Shown: positions 47,351 to 56,972 of the stretch, in pieces
How positions within the stretch are numbered: the first letter of the stretch is position 1
How the letters are laid out: every line of letters starts with the position of its first letter
Origin: a virus
Taxonomy: Duplodnaviria > Caudoviricetes
Direction: 5' to 3' (one strand)
Virus record (IMG/VR): IMGVR_UViG_3300042539_002213
Span: 1 to 60,518 of that record
DNA: 60,518 bases
Made by a program: the position numbers and the translations under genes
Notes under the pieces: model-generated
Told to the model about the DNA's origin: nothing
Databases searched by the model: none
Seen by the model: the letters and a program-made list of their open reading frames with translations, nothing else

Positions 47351-49568
47351 CGGTTAACCGCAGGTAACCCTTTTGAATTACCTCAGGTGGCGTAGTCTTA
47401 AATACCTTTAGAAATTCTTCGCAGGTAAACTCTAGCCATTTTTGGTAATGCTTTCGGTAAGGTATTTTTTCCATTGCTGTAAAGTGTTGCAGATACAGTG
47501 GAACAATACTACCTACGCCAGCAGAAATAAGTCTTGGGCTTAAATCCTCGTCATCGGCCTGCACTTTAACCAGTTCGTCTGCTTTAGAAGTGTTGCCTAC
47601 AGTCACGAAATAATTATCGGTAGCGTTACGCCGAGCTTTATTTAGACAGTCAAATACCCTGGGCCAACTGTGTTCCCATTTACCCTCCGGGCTTTTACTT
47701 ATGTGCATTTTTTCTGTAAGTTGATACAGAAACGCATCGTATTCTTTCCTATCTATAAGTATTCCGTACGGTATTCTACTAGCTGCTGCGGCTGTTAGTT
47801 GTGCGCAAAGAGCAATACTAAATCCCCAGACTATTTCCATCTCAGGACCACTCTTGCTTAAATCTTCTTCAACCGAGTTTAAATCGTATGTGGTTTTGTC
47901 TGGCCCGGGTGTCTCAGGTAAGAACGTAAACTCAAGTGTTTCGTTAAATTTACCTTTAAGTATTTTTGTTCTTGCAAATTGAAATCCTTCTTTGTCCCAA
48001 CCTATACGCTCTAGTCCGACTACCATTTTAGGTTCATTAAACCTACAAGCAGCGTCGATAGGATTAAAGTTATCGGTGGTCTTATGTTTAAAAATACTGT
48101 GCTCGCTGGGAACCAGCATAGATACACCGTTTTTCTCGCCAAGATCTTTAAACCACAGTAAAGATGCTTCTTTAGTTGTAGTTCTAAACGGTATTTCTTT
48201 TTTAGTTGTTATTAGCTTTCCAATGTACTCTCTTTTGTTGTTTGGCCTAACTACAACGTAATCTACTCGAACAATACCAGGCAATTTAAGTTGACCACTA
48301 AAGTTGTACCACTTACCTTCTTTTTCTACGACGACTACGTAACCGTGAGTTCCAAGTTTTCCGCCTTTAGCTAGTGTAGGTACATTAACACGCCTAGGTG
48401 CGCTGCCTTTAAAATCAGGGCCTATGCTTCTGCGAACTAGCTTAGATACTTCGGCACTAAACTTATCCGCTTCAGTAATTAATTGAATCTTTTCTGCAAC
48501 TGATGCGCGACGTAACCAGTTTACAAGTGCCTGCTCATACGGCAGCGAATTGGATTCTATCTTACGCACATTATCTATAGCTGACTCGTACTTTATCCAT
48601 TTGTCCCAGTCTTCTTTGGGTGTAGATTTAACGTCAGCCGTTAGCCTAGAAGGGCCGACAAAAGATATTCTTGCGTCAGCCATCATTGCCTGGTGTAGCA
48701 TTAGTGGCGTTGGGTAGCGTTCCCAAAACACAGGCATAAACCCGTCTAGAATAGTCCACTGTATTTTTGGAACAGAAATCAAAGCAGGTTTCCAGGCTAA
48801 TATCGGTAAAGGAACATTGCTGGTTTGAAAATTACCGTGTTGCAGCTTTAAAGAATTGCGCACCATTGACGTAACAATAACGTACTGCGTTTGAAATTTA
48901 GGCATAAATTGCAAACCAGAAAAAGCTATGTCTGAAATAGAATTTTGCCTGCCCGGAGAGATTTCATTGTCTTCAGTTAGGTACAAAAAATACGAAATTT
49001 GTTTTGTATTTTTGTAGCACGGAACCATTACAAAGGCGTTATTTTTTACCCGTGCATTTGTCTTCACGTGCGTTCTTAATTCTTTGCAATTCATAACACC
49101 GTACAGTGCAGCCGGGCCTTCAAGCAGCCGTTCGTTACTCATTGCATCAGGCATAATGCCTATTTTTGTTAGTATTTTTTGCTCATTTAAATCCGGCTTT
49201 AACATCTTTCTGCGGGTGGCAATGTGCAATTTGTCTAGCCGACGTTGATTATTTTGATTTTTCACAAACAACGTCAAAGTGTCTTCGTTTAGCTGGAAAT
49301 TTAGCTTTTCGTGTAGATATTTAATCGTAGAGACAGGGTTTAAGCGTAACCGCTGGGAAGCTAATTCCAGCACAGTTCCTGATTTTTTACAGTTATAGCA
49401 GTAGTGCGTTTCCTCAAGATTTATGCTATCTTGTTGTATTGTCCAGGTGAACTCACCGCAAAACGGACACTTACCTGAAGAGTTTTGGCCCTCAAACGCT
49501 TCTAAACCAATGTATTTAGCGATAGCCGAATAGGGCAAACTGGCATGAATGTCTAGGAGATTTGACAT
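47328..49568 (-). CDS. Large protein with N-terminal DnaG-type Zn-binding domain
   Basis: Likely start MSNLLDI; CPFC...HYCYNCKKSGTVLEL; no clear TOPRIM or Walker motifs downstream. Confidence 0.6.
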   Translation of the reverse strand: MSNLLDIHASLPYSAIAKYIGLEAFEGQNSSGKCPFCGEFTWTIQQDSINLEETHYCYNCKKSGTVLELASQRLRLNPVSTIKYLHEKLNFQLNEDTLTLFVKNQNNQRRLDKLHIATRRKMLKPDLNEQKILTKIGIMPDAMSNERLLEGPAALYGVMNCKELRTHVKTNARVKNNAFVMVPCYKNTKQISYFLYLTEDNEISPGRQNSISDIAFSGLQFMPKFQTQYVIVTSMVRNSLKLQHGNFQTSNVPLPILAWKPALISVPKIQWTILDGFMPVFWERYPTPLMLHQAMMADARISFVGPSRLTADVKSTPKEDWDKWIKYESAIDNVRKIESNSLPYEQALVNWLRRASVAEKIQLITEADKFSAEVSKLVRRSIGPDFKGSAPRRVNVPTLAKGGKLGTHGYVVVVEKEGKWYNFSGQLKLPGIVRVDYVVVRPNNKREYIGKLITTKKEIPFRTTTKEASLLWFKDLGEKNGVSMLVPSEHSIFKHKTTDNFNPIDAACRFNEPKMVVGLERIGWDKEGFQFARTKILKGKFNETLEFTFLPETPGPDKTTYDLNSVEEDLSKSGPEMEIVWGFSIALCAQLTAAAASRIPYGILIDRKEYDAFLYQLTEKMHISKSPEGKWEHSWPRVFDCLNKARRNATDNYFVTVGNTSKADELVKVQADDEDLSPRLISAGVGSIVPLYLQHFTAMEKIPYRKHYQKWLEFTCEEFLKVFKTTPPEVIQKGYLRLTASTNQDL

Positions 49569-50721
49569 GACTATTTTTGCAGTTGATCCAACAACAGATA
49601 AAACAAAATCGGAACTGGTTAAAATTGCCGATGCATTCAATTTACCGGATTTTGTGAAAGCTGCGGATCTAGATGCAACAATGCACCCTGAAAACATCGC
49701 CGTTACAGCGTATGCCGATCCCTATTCGCAGCGCTATCCGTGTCATACGGCTGCTGCAACTTGGCTTTCTACTGCTTATTTTGCGACAAAAAAGGGATCT
49801 TTCAATCTCAAACACCAGAAAAAGATTCAGGAAAGGTTAGAAAAAGCTGCAGCTTATTTTGCTATTTCTAGCTTATGTAGTGATTTGTATAGTAAGGCTG
49901 AACTTCAAAAACAAAGCAATTTAACCGACTCGGATTTTGCCTACGTCTACCAAGTGGGTGATCAGAAAGAAAGACACTACCCTATTACTACGGCTGAAGA
50001 AGTAAAAACTGCAGCACAGTGGTTGCACGATAATCAAGACAACTTTATTTTTGCAGACAGAAATACAGTTGCAGATAAGATCTACACGAAAGCCGTTTCT
50101 AAAAATGTAGACCTCGGTGAAAAGCTAGCTGAGTTTATTGAAAAACAAGCGGGCTACGGTGTACCAGATATTAGCAACGTACATCAGGCATTGACCAATA
50201 GAGCTTTGCTTGCAGTAAATAAAGAACACCGAGCTTCAATTGAAAAGCTGGCTGAAGAAGTAACCGAGAAACCAGAATTGTTTCTAGACCGACAGTCTGC
50301 AATCAAGCTTGCCGCAACTATCGACCAGCTTGATTATTCATTGGGTATTAAAGGTAAGTACGGTAGTCTTTTATCTAGACCCGAAGATATCGTATTTACA
50401 GTGGCGCTTCGAAAAGCTGCATCAGCTTGCAGTGATGCCTGCGAGCTTCAAACTGGAAACGTGTACACCAAGGATCAACTTGCTAAACTTGCACGCCAAG
50501 ACTTAATTGAACTCTTTGGTGATGATTTTGCCAAAGAAGCCTGCGTTGGGTTGCAAGTTGATCCAGAGAAATTAGCTTCTATTGCACATACGCTGCCCAA
50601 ACCGGACGCAGAGCTACTGGAGAAATTACTAAAAGAGGCGGGACAAACACCTTCTATTAGCAAATCTGCAAGTAGCTCTGCGTGTTCTGTGTTGACAGCT
50701 GAAATGGCCGGTGACTACTAG
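49567..50721 (+). CDS. Probable virion/head-associated protein with two DUF6582-like repeats
   Basis: Start MTIFAVD after AGGAG; YADPYSQRYPCH and FAY...RHYPITTAEEVKTA repeats. Structural role inferred. Confidence 0.5.
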   Translation: MTIFAVDPTTDKTKSELVKIADAFNLPDFVKAADLDATMHPENIAVTAYADPYSQRYPCHTAAATWLSTAYFATKKGSFNLKHQKKIQERLEKAAAYFAISSLCSDLYSKAELQKQSNLTDSDFAYVYQVGDQKERHYPITTAEEVKTAAQWLHDNQDNFIFADRNTVADKIYTKAVSKNVDLGEKLAEFIEKQAGYGVPDISNVHQALTNRALLAVNKEHRASIEKLAEEVTEKPELFLDRQSAIKLAATIDQLDYSLGIKGKYGSLLSRPEDIVFTVALRKAASACSDACELQTGNVYTKDQLAKLARQDLIELFGDDFAKEACVGLQVDPEKLASIAHTLPKPDAELLEKLLKEAGQTPSISKSASSSACSVLTAEMAGDY

Positions 50722-51155
50722 CGTTTAATTAGAGGCTTAACGAAGTCTCTTCTGATGCCTAACCGCTCTATGCCGTAGCCTGAAGCGGTTTCCATAATCA
50801 GCGTCTTGTCTTCATGTGAAACAAAAGCTCTACGCAATTCAGCTAGCGTATTGATACCCCACAGTAGGCTAAATACGTAGGGAATCTCGGATTCAGCTTT
50901 ATTACGCATCGGAAAATCGATCAATTCAGACCGAAGATTCCAGGTATCAACGGTATCCTGATTGACGATCCCAGTATAACCGGTATCGTCATAAAACTTA
51001 AACCACAGGCTGCCGTCTAGGATTTTTCGGGTAGTACCGTAAACGGCAATTAGCCGATCACCGACTTGATAAATACGCACTTGACTGCGATTGTTGTTTT
51101 CCTTCTTGAAATAGTTCTTCTTGACTTTCTTTTGACCTTGTACGGATGCGTTCAT
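50718..51155 (-). CDS. Hypothetical protein
   Basis: 145-aa ORF. Confidence 0.6.
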   Translation of the reverse strand: MNASVQGQKKVKKNYFKKENNNRSQVRIYQVGDRLIAVYGTTRKILDGSLWFKFYDDTGYTGIVNQDTVDTWNLRSELIDFPMRNKAESEIPYVFSLLWGINTLAELRRAFVSHEDKTLIMETASGYGIERLGIRRDFVKPLIKR

Positions 51156-51927
51156 AATTCTTCTTGGTTTTCTTCATGTAAAATTTGCGGCGAGTACGGA
51201 CAGGCTTAGCTCCGCCGCAAGAAGCTAAGTCTGGTTTTTGTGTGACAACTTTATTGTTTATCCGGTGTAACATATCCGGCTTAAAACAAAGCTTACAGGC
51301 ACTACAAGTTGTCGTAGTAGTACCGTTTTCAACTGGACAAACTAGAGTTCCGTTTACCTTTTTTACAACAGTAGTTCGTTTATTACGAAAAAACAAATCT
51401 ACCTTGTAATTAGGTACATCTAGATTATCTTCCTGCAGATAACACCTATTGGTATTAGGTATTTCTACAGCTGGGCCTGTGTCACGGTCACAAGAAAGCC
51501 ATAATCGCATATTTGGTAGAGCCGCTAGTTCAGCTAGCGCAGCGATCATAGCAGAATTGTCCTTACCGTCTTCTCTACGCCAACTTCTTGTATATGCGTA
51601 GAAAACAACATCAGGTCTGCTTTTAGCAATGCGTATCCATTTGCGCACGTAACCAGGTGAGTAGAAATCTCCGGCTGCGTGTATGCGAACGATAGCGACT
51701 GCAAAAAGCACCAAGTAGCTTAGAACAAAAGATACAAACCTATTTGTCAAAGAAAGTTTATAGTTTCTGTCTAAGCATCGTTGAACATTTTTTCGCCGGT
51801 AGTGACTGCGAAGTGCGTAGCATAGCATTAAGCATTTTTTTGTAGCACCTATGCAAATATTACCTATACCGGCTGGTATACTCCATTGATGTATTTTTTT
51901 ACCGAGTTTGGAATTACCTAATCTCAC
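51058..51927 (-). CDS. Gene product 88 (GP88)-like protein
   Basis: GNSKLG, C.GAT..C...CYA, RIHAAGDF, YAYTR and CP...C..C..C motifs. Confidence 0.8.
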   Translation of the reverse strand: MRLGNSKLGKKIHQWSIPAGIGNICIGATKKCLMLCYALRSHYRRKNVQRCLDRNYKLSLTNRFVSFVLSYLVLFAVAIVRIHAAGDFYSPGYVRKWIRIAKSRPDVVFYAYTRSWRREDGKDNSAMIAALAELAALPNMRLWLSCDRDTGPAVEIPNTNRCYLQEDNLDVPNYKVDLFFRNKRTTVVKKVNGTLVCPVENGTTTTTCSACKLCFKPDMLHRINNKVVTQKPDLASCGGAKPVRTRRKFYMKKTKKNYERIRTRSKESQEELFQEGKQQSQSSAYLSSR

Positions 51928-52136
51928 GTTTCGTCCTCAACCAAATTGTTTTTCTCTGCGATCCAGTGAGACAATACAAAGTAACCGGTATCGTTTTCAG
52001 CAATACAGTCGGTGTTTTTTAATTGACTAGCTGGAATCCAGATACTCATTTTCTTAGGCTTAACTATGTCAATAAGCCAAGCTTTGCGCGTTATTCGTTT
52101 AACTGTACCTTCTACAGTCACATCGGCTTTAGACAT
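51924..52136 (-). CDS. Small phage protein
   Basis: TRKAWL...WIPASQ motif common in phage small proteins. Confidence 0.65.
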   Translation of the reverse strand: MSKADVTVEGTVKRITRKAWLIDIVKPKKMSIWIPASQLKNTDCIAENDTGYFVLSHWIAEKNNLVEDET

Positions 52137-52434
52137 CAGCGTTCTCCCTACAGTCTTCGGATAAAAGATATGCCTTAACTACAAAAGTAGCTGAGCCGTA
52201 CGGATTAATTAAACCGTTAGCTGGCAGTTCTTTGTAGTTATTATTTGGGCCGTAAGGTAATATCACCTGATGACCTAGGCGGCTGCTACACATATCTTCA
52301 CACTGAGCTAAAAGCCAACCTGTAGGCTTAAACTCCTTAATTTGCAGCTTCAAACGCGATAGAAGAGTCTCATGAGTACAAACTTGAGTTTCGCAATACT
52401 TGCTTGCGAAAGAATTAAAATCAGATTTTTGCAT
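52129..52434 (-). CDS. Hypothetical protein
   Basis: 101-aa ORF with overlapping neighbours. Confidence 0.65.
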   Translation of the reverse strand: MQKSDFNSFASKYCETQVCTHETLLSRLKLQIKEFKPTGWLLAQCEDMCSSRLGHQVILPYGPNNNYKELPANGLINPYGSATFVVKAYLLSEDCRENADV

Positions 52435-52636
52435 TTTCTGTGCTTAACAAAGGCTGCTCACCAGCACCGGGTGAGCAGCTACCATAACTTGTCCTTGGCA
52501 CAAAGTTAAGGCAACTATCAGGTAATGACTTGGGAGGTTTAAGCTTCGTATTCTTTGCACCTTTTTCATAACGAATACAATGCTCACGTAACGCGCAATT
52601 AACACCGCTACACAAATCAAAACATTTAGTTGCCAT
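52421..52636 (-). CDS. Small Cys-rich protein
   Basis: CSGVNCALREHCIRY...C. Confidence 0.6.
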   Translation of the reverse strand: MATKCFDLCSGVNCALREHCIRYEKGAKNTKLKPPKSLPDSCLNFVPRTSYGSCSPGAGEQPLLSTENAKI

Positions 52637-52638
52637 AA

Positions 52639-53136
52639 TTAAACCTTAGTTGATTTTGCTTTCTTAGCCGGTGTGTCCACCTTGGACACTACGCCACTGA
52701 CGCTGGTGTTACCTTGCTTGGTTTCTTTTCCAGCTAAGCTTTGAAAAGTAATTTTACACTGATCCAAGTGACTTTTCATAGCTTTCTCGATTAAATCGGG
52801 AATAACCATTTGAGGTTTCTTGGACAATGCATCTCGAATAACAAGACCCATAACACCTTTGTCACCAAAGATCTGAGAAAGCCACTCTAGACTTTCCTTG
52901 GGATTTTTCTTGTTAGAGTCCAACTTTGAAGCGTACAGTAGTATTGCTTGGATAATGTAATCGCCAGATTTAAACTGCGGTGATGTTTCTCCTGCAGCCG
53001 CTTTAACAAGACTGTAATCCACATTTAAGGTTATATTTCCATCATAAGCTCCGGGTTGGACTTTTTCAGACATGCGCTCTTGCATTTTGTCCAGTAGGCG
53101 CTTTGTAGCGTCTATTTCAACTATACTCAGTTCCAT
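52639..53136 (-). CDS. Hypothetical protein
   Basis: Likely start MELSIVEI after GGAG. Confidence 0.65.
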   Translation of the reverse strand: MELSIVEIDATKRLLDKMQERMSEKVQPGAYDGNITLNVDYSLVKAAAGETSPQFKSGDYIIQAILLYASKLDSNKKNPKESLEWLSQIFGDKGVMGLVIRDALSKKPQMVIPDLIEKAMKSHLDQCKITFQSLAGKETKQGNTSVSGVVSKVDTPAKKAKSTKV

Positions 53137-53443
53137 AATAAAACTCCAGTTTTTCTTCAATGAAATTAATTTCGGCAGCTAGTGCCGCTTGTCTATTTTT
53201 AAAAGGCCCAAGTACAGGCCCGTCAAATATCCTTGCTTGCCATTGGCAAGGCCAACACCTAGTCCAGCTTGCCAAAAGCGAATCGTCCCTGACTCGCTTT
53301 CGGATTAAATGAAATAGCTGCCTAAGCACAGGGTTTACAGGCTCGATGTGGCTGACTCGGGTTTTACTGTGTAACCCAAGCTCTCGCGTTATATCACTTT
53401 CTAAAGCCTCAACCCTACCGTCTGTGTGAATAATTAGGCGCAT
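53117..53443 (-). CDS. Small protein of the Ycf46/DUF1257 module
   Basis: RVSHIEP...W...GPVLGPFxxRxAALAAE motif. Confidence 0.65.
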   Translation of the reverse strand: MRLIIHTDGRVEALESDITRELGLHSKTRVSHIEPVNPVLRQLFHLIRKRVRDDSLLASWTRCWPCQWQARIFDGPVLGPFKNRQAALAAEINFIEEKLEFYYGTEYS

Positions 53444-54657
53444 GCTTTTTGTATTTTACGCCCTACACGATTGACTTTACGTAACTCTAATTCCTGCGCT
53501 GTAATTTTAGTTAGAAGCTCACCGAATGTCTTTTGAGCTGTCGACCGCGCGTAGTTGCTGTCGCGGATATTTTTAGTAATACCTTCAGGAGAATTACCAA
53601 TGTCGGTTAGTGTCTTTTGCACTTCTTCTGCTAAGTCTACGATTGGCTTGCCGTTTTCACCTAACATATTTTGAACGGCTGTAATCTTTTGAGCCAACCA
53701 AAGTAGATTGCTAAAACCGCTTTGAGTAAGCGATTTGTATTCATCGGTTTCGTACGGCTTAAGCTCCATGTATTCAGCTTCAGTCAGTACCAGCATCCTT
53801 TCTTTACCCACCTGCTTAAATCCGTTTTTAACCGGTACGCACTCTTGTAGAGTGATTTGAACATAACCGGCAGGTACATTTTCGTCATCCTTGTGTCGTT
53901 TAATTTCTCGAACTTCGGCGTTACGCAAGTTGTAATGTGGGTTATCTGAATTAGGTAAAAGCCTAATACGCTTGCCGCAGTTTTTAGCCACGGTATAAAC
54001 CATCTCTTTTAGCTCGTAGACAAGCTCACCGACTGCACCATCTACAGAGGCAGTTAGACGTTGTTCAGCTTGCTTGGCTAATTTCTCTGCAGTAGCAGGA
54101 GCCACATTTGCCAATGTAAACGTAGCGTCGTAAGGCTCGATTCTAGGTACGTCACACGAAATAGAATCTGCCAACTCTTTTGCGCTAGGATATTTCTTTT
54201 CGACAATTGCCCAGTCTTTACCTAACTTAATACGGTCGCTTTCTTTGATTTTTTCGTAATTGGAATCCTCAGCGACTCTAGCACCCCAGGCTAAATATTG
54301 ATCCCTAACAGCATTAAATCGCGTTAGAAATTCATCTACGCGAGCTGCTTCAATCAAATATGAGCCCGGTACTTTTTCTGGCTTTAGATTTTCTGCATCG
54401 GCTGCAGTTCCCACAAGCGTGTACTCAGGAATTGTAAACTCATCTCGAATCGTGCTTAGCATACGCTTAAGCTGGGTGCCTTCTTGAATCAAAGGTTCAC
54501 TTGAAGCACCTAAGATTGCATAAGAACCACGGATTACTTTGGAATCCAAGTCTTGGGTTTGAGCCAGGATATTTTTGGTTTGCTCGGTAAAGCCTACCGA
54601 AGAAGGTAGCCAGCCGATGGTGTACTTAACAGTACAGTATGTGATTGTTTCACTCAT
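53434..54657 (-). CDS. DUF3150-like protein
   Basis: Helical; GSYLI..ARVDEF...YPS pattern; typical neighbour of the AAA module. Confidence 0.5.
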   Translation of the reverse strand: MSETITYCTVKYTIGWLPSSVGFTEQTKNILAQTQDLDSKVIRGSYAILGASSEPLIQEGTQLKRMLSTIRDEFTIPEYTLVGTAADAENLKPEKVPGSYLIEAARVDEFLTRFNAVRDQYLAWGARVAEDSNYEKIKESDRIKLGKDWAIVEKKYPSAKELADSISCDVPRIEPYDATFTLANVAPATAEKLAKQAEQRLTASVDGAVGELVYELKEMVYTVAKNCGKRIRLLPNSDNPHYNLRNAEVREIKRHKDDENVPAGYVQITLQECVPVKNGFKQVGKERMLVLTEAEYMELKPYETDEYKSLTQSGFSNLLWLAQKITAVQNMLGENGKPIVDLAEEVQKTLTDIGNSPEGITKNIRDSNYARSTAQKTFGELLTKITAQELELRKVNRVGRKIQKACA

Positions 54658-54959
54658 TGATTTTTCTCCGTTTGAGGTAGAAGGTAACTAACCGCTATTT
54701 TCTGCGCTAAGTGGTACTTCCAGTTGTCCGTACATTTGCGCGTCTCGAATCTAGACATGATAAGTAACGCACGACTTTTTCTATGTAACTGAATCGTACC
54801 TTCGTATTTCCAGTAATCTTTTCCCACCCATTTATCTTTATGGTGGAATTTAATTTTTGTAGGAGCGTATAGCTCGTTGCTTTCATCCCACGGCGCTCCG
54901 TAGAGGACTTTATACTCGTCATAAGTATTTCGTCCTCTACGGATTAAAATGTTTGCCAT
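54654..54959 (-). CDS. Hypothetical protein
   Basis: 101-aa ORF. Confidence 0.6.
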   Translation of the reverse strand: MANILIRRGRNTYDEYKVLYGAPWDESNELYAPTKIKFHHKDKWVGKDYWKYEGTIQLHRKSRALLIMSRFETRKCTDNWKYHLAQKIAVSYLLPQTEKNQ

Positions 54960-54967
54960 AAATTACC

Positions 54968-56773
54968 TTATGCTGCAGATTCGTCAGCCTTTTTAACCTT
55001 ACGTGTTACACGCTTAGCTTCGGTTGCCAGAGCAGTTACGCCTTGTCGTTTATCGTGCTTAAACCGTTGACCGGTCTCAGCGCAAATACAACCTGCACTT
55101 TCAGCCCACTTAAGCAAATTATCCATCTGTTCTTTGTTCTTTTCGTAAGACGGTGTAATCCACTTAGAGGCTTCTACGAGATTGACGCGCTGCATTTCGG
55201 CAAGTCGACAACAAGCAGAAATATCGGCTGGAGTCCAGTAATCATCCTTAGGAAGCGATTGGTTTGGCAGATTATGCCGTTCCATATACATTTCCCAGGC
55301 ATGGTTCTTAGCCTCTGAGCTTGGAAACCCAACAAAGAACAAAGCGTCAACGCGACCAGAACGAGTAACCTCGTCAGGAAGATTAGCGATGTTATTTGCA
55401 GCCGACAAAATAACGCAGCTATTTTGATCGTTAAACCAGGTAAGCAGCGTACCGAGCATACGGTTTTCCAGTCCACCGGCTTCACCACTAGAGCCGCTAG
55501 GCAAAAAGCGTTGAAACTCGTCGATAGCCAAAATACCACCAATTTCTTCTACGGTGCGTAGCATGCCTGCTAGAAGCTTGTCAGTTTCACCCACCCACTT
55601 TGAATACAGATTTGCAGCCTGCATCGTAGAAAGCGGAAGATTAAACTGCCCCGCGCAGCATTTCATTGTCATGCTTTTACCGGTACCAGGAACACCTAGC
55701 ATAAGCACATGCTTAAGCTTCGATCTAGAAGGTACGTTATCTCTAAAGCCATTTGTAAGAAATGACTTTAGCCCGTTAAGGCCGATAACCGAATCAAACG
55801 TGTAGAAGTTACGCTCAGGTCGATATAGCTTATCAAACTCCGTACGCAGCATCGGATCTAGCCACTTTTCGACTTTTTTATCGTCTTGAACGTAGCTGAT
55901 TTTTGCTCGAATTTCTTCGTGCGAGACATGCTCCTCGGCAATCAAAGTCATGTCAATCGCGTCACGAAATTCTTCAACCTTATCTGGATCAGCCCAGAGC
56001 TTAATATTAGTCTGGAAATCTGGAGACCAAACATCAAGCTTGGACGCTCTAGCCAAATGCTTTGCTTTTTTACCAAACAGAAACTGTGGATCAAAAGCAC
56101 CCTTTTCGGCTAAAGCTTCAGCACCGTACTGCTTAAGCTTAGTTCGGCTAAGACCAGCAGTTGCAGAAATAGCGCTAGGTGTAACCGAAGTTTCTGCATC
56201 CAGGTCACTAAGTAGACTTTGACGCTCATCGTTATCTGGCAAATTGTGAGCCAGTACTTCGAAGTGCTCTACCAGTTCAGGTGGAAGCTCAACGTCTGGT
56301 GCAGACTGTGCTAGTAAATATACGCGAGCATTTTGACCCTCACCGATAAGCTTTTGCACTTGTGAAAGCAAAAACGAATCGACCTGTCCTGAGCTTTGAC
56401 CGTTTGGAAAAAGCCAGCGGTCAAAGTTCTTAATGAAGATAACAAGCTTCTTTTCGTCCTCGCTTGTTAGCTGGTTTTCCTGCTCAAGGTTAATTCGCAC
56501 TCGTGCGGCATTAATTGCAAAGTCCATCGCAGCATAGAGCGTAGCTTTTTGCGGCCCGAATTCATCTTCGGACAGTTTTACCGTTTGACCTTGAATATCA
56601 ATAAGGCCGTCAACAGCATCCCAACACAAAAGGGTAATTCCGTTTACCCCGTCTACTTCTCGGTTTTCAACCGCATGCGAAAGCAGCTCTACATATACGT
56701 CGTCGGGCTCAGCCGATGTAATCCACAAACCAGCTTGACCGGATGCCAAATACTTGGAAATTGTTGAAATCAT
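54968..56773 (-). CDS. Ycf46-like AAA+ ATPase
   Basis: GVPGTGKS, SKWVGET, IDEF, AANNIANLPDEVTRSGRVD; degenerate N-terminal AAA domain (WDAVDG). Confidence 0.88.
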   Translation of the reverse strand: MISTISKYLASGQAGLWITSAEPDDVYVELLSHAVENREVDGVNGITLLCWDAVDGLIDIQGQTVKLSEDEFGPQKATLYAAMDFAINAARVRINLEQENQLTSEDEKKLVIFIKNFDRWLFPNGQSSGQVDSFLLSQVQKLIGEGQNARVYLLAQSAPDVELPPELVEHFEVLAHNLPDNDERQSLLSDLDAETSVTPSAISATAGLSRTKLKQYGAEALAEKGAFDPQFLFGKKAKHLARASKLDVWSPDFQTNIKLWADPDKVEEFRDAIDMTLIAEEHVSHEEIRAKISYVQDDKKVEKWLDPMLRTEFDKLYRPERNFYTFDSVIGLNGLKSFLTNGFRDNVPSRSKLKHVLMLGVPGTGKSMTMKCCAGQFNLPLSTMQAANLYSKWVGETDKLLAGMLRTVEEIGGILAIDEFQRFLPSGSSGEAGGLENRMLGTLLTWFNDQNSCVILSAANNIANLPDEVTRSGRVDALFFVGFPSSEAKNHAWEMYMERHNLPNQSLPKDDYWTPADISACCRLAEMQRVNLVEASKWITPSYEKNKEQMDNLLKWAESAGCICAETGQRFKHDKRQGVTALATEAKRVTRKVKKADESAA

Positions 56774-56970
56774 TATTGCTTGATCCTTTCTGCGATCTTT
56801 TGTTCAGGTAGACGAAATTCAGGCTTAAATTCTTGGCTTTCAGGCTTTTCACCAATTAGTGTGTCTTTAAGTGGCTGCGTTGCTTTTACGCAACTTCCAC
56901 CTGTGTAGCCCGTAGCCTCGATGCCCACAGCACCATCTTCTTCGATAATGATACGAATAGTTTTATCCAC
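56773..56970 (-). CDS. DUF2997 family protein
   Basis: IxIxxDGxVxIEAxGYxGxSCxxAT...KPEF pattern. Confidence 0.8.
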   Translation of the reverse strand: MDKTIRIIIEEDGAVGIEATGYTGGSCVKATQPLKDTLIGEKPESQEFKPEFRLPEQKIAERIKQ

Positions 56971-56972
56971 AA

